Of a stretch of DNA of 20,000 nt, positions 1-9,300 are shown piece by piece. The position numbers were made by a program, and so were the translations under genes. Position 1 is the stretch's first letter. Each line of letters starts with the position of its first letter. The notes beneath the pieces were generated by a model. That model worked only from the letters and a program-made list of their open reading frames with translations, was not told the DNA's origin and did no database searches. The stretch comes from an uncultured virus (IMG/VR IMGVR_UViG_3300028805_000105) (taxonomy: Duplodnaviria > Heunggongvirae > Uroviricota > Caudoviricetes). Location: the IMG/VR virus record IMGVR_UViG_3300028805_000105. One strand, 5' to 3'.

Positions 1-99
1 ATCCATTTTGCAATCCTCATACCAAACCAGGTGTTCAGCATAATACTCGTTGCTGATTCCGCGAAGTGCGTTGATTGATTCCTCGATGCAATTCTGCAT
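1..99 (-). CDS. Partial hypothetical protein running off the left edge
   Basis: Manual translation gives an open minus frame: ATG at 99 then MQNCIEESINALRGISNEYYAEHLVWYEDCKMD to the edge. The frame is open back to an ATG at 255, but that extension is low-complexity F/K-rich sequence. Confidence 0.5.
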   Translation of the reverse strand, partial: MQNCIEESINALRGISNEYYAEHLVWYEDCKMD

Positions 100-646
100 A
101 AAGTCTTTCAGTTCGATGAATTGAAGAGATGTGCGAAAACAGAAAAAGAAAATTTCCCCCACACCCCCTATAAAAGAAAAAGATAAAAGAAAAAAAAACT
201 TCTTAAGAAGAAATAAAGAAAAGGGGGATTTTTCGATTTTTTTCCTTTTCATCATGTTTTTGATGATGGCTGGTGGAGTAGGGGCGAATCGACTTTGAAA
301 GCCCTCGCGCGCGTTATATATTATATCTTGACAGACTTCGCGTGTGTAACAGGGGTGTTTTCCTCTTTGGTGTGTTGTCAAAACATTGGAAATCAAGGAT
401 TAAGGATTTTTTGAAGTCTTTTTGAAGCAAAAAAGGCCAAGCCCAACATCTCTCCGAAAGAGGCGGTTTTGGCTGGGCGCACCTGACCCGACCCCGACCG
501 ATGTCCCACGGCTGCATCGTTGACCGATGGCGCAAAAGGCTGAAAATCAACGAGAAAACCCCTTTTGAAATATAATCAGTCTTATGTTAAATTGCCCCCG
601 TCATATCCAAAATTTTGGCCGTAACTCATTATCAGTCAGTTATCCC

Positions 647-673
647 CTCCCCTACCCCACCACGATAGGGGAG
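647..673. repeat. Inverted repeat CTCCCCTA-N11-TAGGGGAG (REP-like hairpin)
   Basis: Perfect 8-bp arms at 647-654 and 666-673. Confidence 0.6.
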
Positions 674-992
674 AAAGGCGAACCAAAGACCACGATTCAA
701 GGATGGCCGCTGGCGTTGGTGGGTTGTTTTGGCTGTGTGTGCGTGTGTTTTGCTGCTGTCGTGCTGTTGTGGTGGTGTGCTGCGCTCTTCATCGTCCTGT
801 TAGCGTCGGTCGCCTGTCCTCGCTGCCTCGGCTGTCGGCTTAGTGTGGCTCGACGGATATTGAACGGATGATGGCAGGGGCATGGCGCATGGGGGCGACC
901 ACAAGGATGGGGGTGCGGGGGTGGAACGATACGCGCCCATGTATCGAACATATATATGAATCTCTGTGAGACAGCCAAATATATTTTTTTCG

Positions 993-1024
993 GTGGTCAA
1001 ATAGTGGTCAAATAGTGGTCAAAT
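993..1024 (+). repeat. Tandem direct repeat, 3 x 11 bp (GTGGTCAAATA)
   Basis: Copies at 993-1003 and 1004-1014, plus a third at 1015-1024 that lacks the final A. Confidence 0.9.
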
Positions 1025-1233
1025 TCAAATCCATTTGCCCTTTCAGTCACATGTCGTGCAAATAAAAACGACCTCAAAACCAATGCTTTGCGTTGGACGT
1101 GGATTTCCTGCGCAAATAAAAGTCACATAAAAACGGGGATTTATTCGCCTTTTTATCTGCCCTTTCGGGGAGCGAAGCCCAAGGAGGGGGTGCGCCCTTC
1201 CGATTCCAGTACCTTGCCGGGCGCGGCGGGATA

Positions 1234-1491
1234 TTATTTTTTTTGGTATTCAATCTCGTCCACCATGAGGGCGACGGTATCGCGGAACTCGTCGTCGGCG
1301 ACGGTGGCGATGGCTCCGTTGGTGAAGCCTTGGTAGAAGAAGAGCTGCGCTATTTCCTCCCAACCCATCGTGCAGAAGATTTCCTCGCCCATCTCGGCGA
1401 CGATTCTATTGATGACCTTGTGGTAGTTGTCAGTGGCCCGGATAAGGACTTGCCTTTGGGTTACGGGGTCGAGGGTTACGAGGTTGCTCAT
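1234..1491 (-). CDS. Small acidic hypothetical phage protein (85 aa, MSNLVTLDPVTQRQ...)
   Basis: Lies within track ORF 1234..1599. The start was moved to ATG 1491 because a Bacteroidetes -7 promoter element (TATCTTTG, minus strand, 1513-1520) sits just upstream and the longer start overlaps that promoter region. Confidence 0.7.
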   Translation of the reverse strand: MSNLVTLDPVTQRQVLIRATDNYHKVINRIVAEMGEEIFCTMGWEEIAQLFFYQGFTNGAIATVADDEFRDTVALMVDEIEYQKK

Positions 1492-1511
1492 GCTTGGTTT
1501 TGTTACGCTGT

Positions 1512-1596
1512 GCAAAGATAGGCATTTATACGATATGCCGCGATACATTTCTGACTTTTTACGAAAGCGGTTCCTTGGGCTTTGTGTTATTTCGCA
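1512..1596. promoter_or_regulatory. Divergent promoter region: minus-strand TAnnTTTG -7 box, conserved TTTCTGACTTTTTACGA box, degenerate plus-strand -7-like box
   Basis: GCAAAGATAGG at 1512-1522 (reverse complement CCTATCTTTGC), the 17-mer at 1548-1564 and TATTTCGCA at 1588-1596. The same elements recur at identical spacing at 19514-19598. Confidence 0.7.
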
Positions 1597-1621
1597 CATT
1601 CACTATAAAACCCAAACGACA

Positions 1622-2284
1622 ATGGCATTTTTGACAGCGGCAGCGATAGCGACATTGGCGGCGGCGGCGATTAACGGCGGCATCAGCTTGTATGCCAACC
1701 AGCAGTCGCAGCAGGCGATGGAGCGATACAGGAACTCACTTGCGGCGGACAGGGCGAGGGCGCAACAGAAGGAGGACTACTTGGAGAATGTTGACCCGCT
1801 CCACACCAAGAGCGGCAGCGCATTGAGTACCGACATGGCCGAGAAACTTCAGGAGCAGAACGAGGCGGCGGCTGGCAGAAATGCCGTGATGGGCGGCAAC
1901 GGACACAACACGGCGGCCACGAAGGATGTCACTTCCCAACTGATGGGAGCTTATCAAAGAAGCCTTATCAGGTCGCATGAGGCGAACATTGTGCCGCAGT
2001 TGCAATACTTCCGCAGCCAGTACGACAAAGCCAACAGCCTTTTGGAGAAGGCGCAGCATGATAAGAGCGTTGCCAACATCAATGCGGCAAGTCAGGCGGC
2101 GCAGGGCATGATTAACGGGGTGGCCGCTATGGGGTCGCAGATGGGAACGCCATCGGCAGACGGCAACGGAACGCAGCCGGGGGCTGTTATTGATCCATCG
2201 AAAGTGTTTGACGCATCGGGCGCGGGTACTCCTGGCTTTGTTGACCCGGCCTATAACGACCCATATCCACCGCAATACACTTAA
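1622..2284 (+). CDS. Putative internal virion / ejection (DNA pilot-like) protein, 220 aa
   Basis: ATG 1622 follows an A-rich leader and is in frame with track ORF 1427..2284. The N-terminus is hydrophobic and Ala/Gly-rich (MAFLTAAAIATLAAAAINGGISLYA), followed by Q/A-rich helices. It is the first gene of a cassette ending in a giant polyvalent protein. Confidence 0.65.
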   Translation: MAFLTAAAIATLAAAAINGGISLYANQQSQQAMERYRNSLAADRARAQQKEDYLENVDPLHTKSGSALSTDMAEKLQEQNEAAAGRNAVMGGNGHNTAATKDVTSQLMGAYQRSLIRSHEANIVPQLQYFRSQYDKANSLLEKAQHDKSVANINAASQAAQGMINGVAAMGSQMGTPSADGNGTQPGAVIDPSKVFDASGAGTPGFVDPAYNDPYPPQYT

Positions 2285-2296
2285 AACAAACGACCT

Positions 2297-3331
2297 ATGG
2301 CAACAAACACCACCATACCACCTGAAGAGAAGAAGGTTGAGATGCCGACATACGACTATCAGTCGCCGATGGGAACCTATTACGGTGAGCAGGGCAACGA
2401 GCAGGCCGATGTCATGCAGCGCATGATTAACGAGTGGGCGACGCGAACCGACCCGCAGGCGCAGGCCGAGCAGGATAAGAAGATTCAGCGCGGCAGAGCC
2501 ATTTGGACGGGTGCCAACCTTTTCGCCAATGTGATTGCCAACGCCATCAACGCAAGCGGAACGGCCAAGGGTGCGCCCAACATGACCTTCAACGATGCGG
2601 CGACGCAGAAGATGTACGACACTTGGCAGACGGCAGACAAAGAACTGAAGGCCGACCGCAGGGCGGCACAGCAGAGAATTGATGCCTTGCGTTTGCAGGA
2701 TGCCCAAATGAGGGCCGCAGGTGCCGAGAAGAGAGCGGGCGAGGTGAGGAACGCCAACGACATGAACTTCAAGATTGCCTTGGAGCAAGCGCAGCATGAG
2801 AGAGGCAGACAGGAAAAAAATGCCGACCAAGAAAGGCAATGGCAACATGATGATGAAGTTTACCAAAGGAACCTTGAAGACCAGCGTCAGAATGCCACCA
2901 CCGCCTTCAATCGTCAAGCATATTTGCAGAAACAAGGCTTCGAACATCAGGAGACGCTTGCAACCCAAAAAGCGCAACAGGCAAAGGGTTACAACAAGGG
3001 CACCAAGACCATCCGTATCGGCAACACCGATTTCAGGGCAGAGACCGAAGCCGAGGCAGATGCCAACATCGCGCAGGTGTACGGAATGGTGTGGCGGGCG
3101 TACAACAGGACGCAAGACAACCTGCACCAGCAGCCGTTTGAGAGCAAGCCCGAAAGCGAATACAGCTTCATCAATGCCCATATCAACCAACTGATGGCAA
3201 GCGACCCGCAGTTCAAGAGTGAATACGAGACCTTTGTAAGAGACCATCAGCGTTCAATCAATACCAATAACCCGTCAAGCGGTCAGCCGCCAGCGCAGGG
3301 ACAGCAAGGCGGAGGCGGTTTCCAACTTTAA
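2297..3331 (+). CDS. Putative internal virion / ejection protein, 344 aa, coiled-coil rich
   Basis: Long ORF with 12-nt and 15-nt gaps to its neighbours. It has an amphipathic/hydrophobic segment (IWTGANLFANVIANAI), Q/E/R-rich coiled coils and a Gly/Gln tail. Function is inferred from position and composition. Confidence 0.6.
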   Translation: MATNTTIPPEEKKVEMPTYDYQSPMGTYYGEQGNEQADVMQRMINEWATRTDPQAQAEQDKKIQRGRAIWTGANLFANVIANAINASGTAKGAPNMTFNDAATQKMYDTWQTADKELKADRRAAQQRIDALRLQDAQMRAAGAEKRAGEVRNANDMNFKIALEQAQHERGRQEKNADQERQWQHDDEVYQRNLEDQRQNATTAFNRQAYLQKQGFEHQETLATQKAQQAKGYNKGTKTIRIGNTDFRAETEAEADANIAQVYGMVWRAYNRTQDNLHQQPFESKPESEYSFINAHINQLMASDPQFKSEYETFVRDHQRSINTNNPSSGQPPAQGQQGGGGFQL

Positions 3332-3346
3332 TAAATCAAGTCGAAA

Positions 3347-6300
3347 ATGGAAGATAACCTCAGAAGCATATACGACAAACTCGTCAGTTCAGGCAGCACA
3401 GGAACCTATGATGAGTTTGTTTCCTTCTTCAATGAGAACGACCAAAACAAGAGAAGCGTCTATGACAAGTTGCTGACATTGGGCAGCAAGGGAACATACG
3501 ACGAGTTTCTTACATACGCCGGTGCCGGGCAGCAGCCAGCCACCGAGCGTGTCGATGTCTCCGATGTGGAGGCGGCACAGCAGCCGCAGGCTCCGGCGAT
3601 GGAATCGCCTGACAATGGGACGGAACAGGCCGCTATACCCACGGTGACGATGGAGGAGGCAGACAAGATTGCGCAGCAGCCTTTGTATGACATCCCGACG
3701 GAACTGACGGAGGAAAACTACCTGAATGTACAGCAGAGGGCGAAGGACTTGAAGGAGAAACGGCGCAGGATTGAGGCACAACTGGAAGCTGACACGGAGA
3801 TGGAACCGCTCACCGTTTCGCAAAAGCAGGAACTGGAACGCCAGTTGAGGGGCATCGACGACGAGATGAAGGGCCTTGGCGGCTTCATCGACGAATGGAG
3901 CAAGACCGAAGGCAGCAAGGCGTACCTTGAGAAGCAGAAGCAGACCGTCAATTCCATTGACGAGAGGATTAACGAGAAATACAGGGGAGGCTTCATGGGC
4001 TTCCTTGACAGGCTCGGCGCGGGAATGGTGAACGACCCTTACGCCATGTACCCGAAGGAAAACGGCGCATTGGTGAAGGACATGCTTTCCGAGAACCACG
4101 AGCAATACCAACTGAAAGCCGCAAAGAACGAGGTGCGCAACGCCAAGAAGCAGTTGCAACTTGAAGATATGCGGCAAAACGGCGAGTTGAAGGGATTGGC
4201 TTTCATCCGTGGACTGGAAACCGCCAACTATTACGAACTTCTTCCTGTTGAAGGACTGACAGATGCAGCCGCGATGCTTGAACTGAAAAAGGCTATCGCC
4301 GAGGGCAGGGAACTCACGGAAACCGAACAACTATTGTATGACGCAATGGAAGCGAGGGCAGGTGTGGATTTCGCCTACGAGGACAACAACACCATGTGGG
4401 AACGGTTGGGAAAGACCGCACCCGAGCAACTGATGTTCACATTGCAGTTCGTCATCGGTGGCGGACTGACCGGGGCCACGGAGGCAGGCGAGCGCATAGC
4501 CGCGAAGGAGGCGCAGAAAGCCGCCATCAGGTACGCCAAGAAGGGCGTGAACAGCGGCGCGAGAAGATTTATCGGCGGCACGGTGATTCCCAAACTTGAA
4601 GGCATGGCCGTGTCATCGACCATACAAACCTTTGCCAACCCGCTTTCTTTGGCGAACATGGCAGAGGATTTTGAGCGCAGGTACGCTGGTGACATCTATT
4701 ATGACAACGATGGCAACCTGCATGTGTTCGACAATGACCGTAGCGCAGGGCAAGCTGCATATCAGGCCATTGCATCGGCGTGGATTGAGAATTTCACCGA
4801 GTATTCGGGTCAGAACATCACAAAGAGTATAAGACTTGCAGACGGCAAGATGTTTGACCTTGCTGGAAAGTTCGACAATGTGATGAAGAATGTCGGCGGC
4901 GGCAGGATTAAAGATGTTTTCACCGTTCCTCAGAAACTTAGCCACCTGACGCAGATAGGTTCAGCCCCCGAAGAGTTCCTCGAAGAGGAGCTTGGCAGCG
5001 TGATGAACGCCTTGTTTGCCACCGATGCCCAGCGCGGGGAATCATACGGCGACGCTTTCAAGCGCACCGTCAGCCAGTCGTTCAGCGGTGAGCAGCAGCT
5101 TGAAACACTGTTGAGCGTCACCATCACCAGCACCTTGCTCGGTGGTGGCGGCAACGCCGTGAACGCCGTGGGCAACGCTGGCTACCGCAGGGAGGCGAAC
5201 AGGGAAGTCGAGCGTTCCAAGGCCTTGCTTGGCAAGGTTCACGGCATCGACATCGCCGAACTTGACAACCAAATTGAAAACGGTCAAATCAGCGACATCT
5301 CCTCGTACCTGAAGGAACAGTCGGACGCAAACGGCTGGAGCCAAGACGAACAGGGTGCAGCCGTCAACTATGTCCTGAACAGGGCGCGTCAGATTGGCAT
5401 GAAGCACCATGACGACACAGCCATTGAGGAAGCCCAAGCCGAGATGCGCAAGCAGGCCGAAGACATGGCCAACCGATGGGACGGCAATATCTATAACGCC
5501 ACTTGGAAGGACAACGAAGGCAACGAGCAACCCGTCACCATCATCAACGGCAGAATACATTATACCACCCGTGAAAACGGCACCATCCATTTCAATCCCT
5601 ACACATCAAGTGGCATGATTGCCATAAGGCTTGCGGATGGAACGAAGAAGCAGGTGCCGTCGAGAACCATAACAGGCATCCAGTCCGTCATGTCCGTTGA
5701 CGAGCAACTTGAAGCCCAAGGCCAGACCATCCCGCAGATGATGCAGGCCCAGTTTGAGCAGGAAGGCATGGTTGTCCCAACGGTGGAAAGCGTGTTTGGT
5801 GGCAACTTAGTTCCTAATGTGACAACATTTGAGGATGGATTATATACCTACCTTGGGCAGGATGCCGATGGAAGATATGCTTTCTTGAACGACCATTATG
5901 GTAAGGATAGCGACAAGGCAATAATGTATCTGACAGAAAGACAATTGATTGAATACGGTCTTTCGCTCAACATACAGTCGGCCAATGAGGATTCAAGGCG
6001 CAAGGCGCAAGAGGACTTGGATTTCATGCAGCAGCTTGACGAGTTGGCAGCCGAGGCCACCGACAGCCAGCAATGGGACGTGGTGAAAGCCTTTGCCGCC
6101 CGCAAGGTACAATTCGACGAAAATGGTGGGATGGTTGCCGACGGCAGCAACGTTGGTGCAGCGGCCACTTACTTGTTGGCCGTGTCGGACGGCTCGTTTG
6201 AGAACGCCATTGCCAGCGTTGACGAAGCCGTGGCCGCAATGACAGTTGGTCAGCAACAACAAGCCGAAGGGCGCGACATTGCCGATGATGCCGCCATCAA

Positions 6301-9300
6301 CGCGGAAGGTAATGCGAATGCGGCCCGCGTTGACGATGGCGTGGCAAAAAAGATTGACTTCTACACTCAGGTCAGGAATGCGCTCACTGAGCGTATGGAA
6401 GGCCAGCAGGAAGCCAAAGCCGAGGCGGTGGAAGCAACACCAGTGTCGCAGATGGAGGTCGGTCAGGAGTTCCCCGTAGTGTATGACGGACAGCAGGCCG
6501 TGGCCGTGGTTGTCGGCAAGGATGCCGATGGGCGCAATGTGGTTACCATCAGAGACCAAGATGGAAACGACCTCGAAAGCGGCATTGACGACTGGACGGA
6601 TGAACAGTGGGAGCGTTTCAGGGTAAGACCCGAAGAGGCTACGGTTGAACCGCAGCAAGAAAGGACTGAACCCGAAGCGGAAGGAATCGAACAAAAACCC
6701 ACCGAAATCGAACAGAATGCGCCCGAAAACGAACAGAAAGAACCCGAAAAAGAGCAGCAGGAGGAAGATGAAGAACATCGTAAGAGAGTTGAGAGAGCGG
6801 AGAATGCAATACTTGTTGACAATAGTTTCAGGAAACATGTCGCCGAAGACGGTACAATAATCGGAAAATCGGGTAAGCCGTTGACGCTTTATCACGGCAC
6901 AATGGCAAAACTTTCATCTCCATTTGAATTGGAGCGCGGACACAGAAGGCCTGACGGAGAAAAAGCGAATTTTGTCGCAGACGGTATTTCATTCACTCCT
7001 TATGAAGATTCCGCTGAAGAATTTGCTCTTATTGGGGATAAAAAAGGAACCGTTTTTGCCGTTAATGTAACTTTGAAAAACCCCTACATTCAGTTTGGGA
7101 TCAATAGTGCCATGAACGATGAAGATTCCAATGCGAAAACACAAAGGTTGATTGAGCAAGGATTTGACGGAGTTATTGCATATGGTTCATCAAAGGATGT
7201 TGTGGAGATTCTTGGTTCAATCCCTATGGAAGTTGTTGTGTTTGACAAAAGCAGCATTAAAGAAGTAACCGGGCCACAAGACACAGAACAGATATTTGAA
7301 AAAGTTTGGGAGAAATATGGCGATAAGGCGGGCCACAAGATTGATGTTACCGCCGAGGATAAGAGCAAGACGCTTGACAAGGCCAAGAAAGCCTTAGAGA
7401 AAGCCCAAACCGACTATGACGATGCCCCCATCGGCAAGGAGGAGAAGGCCGAAGCCGCACTGCAAAAGGCACAGGAGGAATACAACACCGCCTTGGCCGA
7501 GAAACAGGAGTGGGACGAGGTGAAGGCCGTTAAGGACAGGTTTGTCGCTGAACTGCTGGCCGCTCAACAAGCCGCCGACGAGGAACGCCATGCCCGAGCC
7601 GTGGCCGAAGAAGAGGCCCGCAGAGCAGAGGAGGAACGCAAAGCCCGTGAACGCGAGGCTACGGGTGCCAACAATGTGGCCCCGAACATCCGCGAGAAGT
7701 GGGAGGGCGCATCGAAGGTTGAGGGCAACGCCGACGAGATCACACTTGCCAACGGCGAGCGCATTGCCGGACATTATGTACTCGTTGAAAGCGGAGCCGC
7801 CAGCGCGTCACATGATGCCTTGAACGGTTTCGCCAAGACCGAGGGTTTCCCGCTTGACGAAAACGAGCAGAGCGTGAACGACCGCGACTATGAGCGTGAC
7901 CAAAACGCCCAGCAGATTACACGGCAGATTGCCGCCGAATACGACAGCAGAGCCTTGCAGCAGCCCGTTGTGGTCAGTCAAGACGGCGTGGTGCTTTCGG
8001 GCAACGGGCGCACCATGGCGGGAGAGATTGCCGCAGCGCAGAACACCGACGGAGCCTATATCGACTATCTGAAGAAGTATGCGCCGAAATACGGCTTCAC
8101 CCCTGAACAGGTTGAAGGCATGGCGCATCCCCGTGTTGTGTTTGTGCCGGATGCCTCGATGCCTTACACGGCAGAGACCTTCGCCAAATTCAACCAGCAG
8201 GAGATGAAAGGCCAAAGCAAGACCGAACAGGCCGTGAAACTTGGCAAGCTGGTGGACGATGCCACCTTCGGGCGCATCATCAGGAGCATCAACCGCTTCG
8301 ACACCTTGGGCGACTTCTACGCCGACACCAACGCGACCGCCGAGGCTATTGGCGAGTTGTTGAAAGCCGGGGCCATCAACCAAATGCAGCACACCGAAAT
8401 GTTTGACGGCGACGCCATCAGCGCACAGGGCCGCGAAATCCTTGAAAACATGCTCATCGGCAAGGCCTTTGAGAGCAACCCCGACGCGGTTCGCCAACTT
8501 GCGGCCTATAAGAGCCTTCGCCAAAGCGTGATAACCGCCCTTGCGGAAATCAGCAACAACATCGCCCTTGGCGAATACAGCCTTGAAAGCGAGTTGTCGG
8601 ATGCTATCGCGCTGGCTTACAATGCCCGTAAGAACGGATACAAGGCTGGCGACGCGGTGAGCGAGTTCGCCCGCCAAGGCAAACTGTTCGAGACCGAAGA
8701 GGATGCCACAGCCGCCGACTACACCAACGCCACCGTGTTGATGCTGGCCGATGTGATGAACGACAACCGCGTGACCCGCCTGAAGAAGGTGCTTTCCATC
8801 TATAACCAGCAGGCGGAGCAGAGCGCGGCAGGTCAGACCGACCTCTTCGCGGAGGGTGTGAAAACAAAACAAGAAATATTAGACGAAGTTTTAGTACTTT
8901 TGCAGCATGGAACAGAAACAGAACAACAGCAAGCCCTTGACGCAGCAAGAGAGCAGCGCAAGGCAGCAGCCGAGCAAGGAACAGGCGTTCAAGAAAATGG
9001 CGATACTGGCGAGGGCGATAATGGAGACGGAGGAAGAGTAGTACCCGAAAATGCCAATCACCATAAGGCAAAAAGCGTGTTTTCACAAGGCACTGAAGGT
9101 GATAAGCGTTTGGCTATTTCTCTTGGAAACAAAGGCATTGTCCTTGAATATGACGATAATGGTGTCATTTTCGGGAGCAGTGCGGGTATTTATGACGGAT
9201 TCACTCTTGAACAAGTTTTTGGAAAAGAAGTGGCAGATGAGATTATTGCCACCATTTCAGACAAGAAACGTTTTGAAAAAGACAATGTTACCATTCTTGG

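Noticed and set aside
129..350. A-rich tract with CCCCCACACCCCC, palindrome CTTCTTAAGAAG (199-210) and CGCGCGCG-TATATA, reminiscent of replication-initiator linker DNA
   Set aside because: No intact plus-strand ORF or regular iterons are present, so a function cannot be supported.
993..1024. CRISPR array or DGR template/variable repeats
   Set aside because: The repeats are short and contiguous without spacers. There is no cas or reverse transcriptase gene and no long adenine-mismatched repeat pair was seen.
314..1336. Short ORFs 314..550, 584..871, 697..978, 800..1000 and 1088..1336
   Set aside because: They overlap one another, have low-complexity translations driven by nucleotide skew, and lack convincing starts.
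1427..1621. N-terminal extensions called by the ORF track (also 1492-1599 minus and 19585-19629)
   Set aside because: They run across the conserved promoter boxes; the downstream ATGs with A-rich leaders are better starts.
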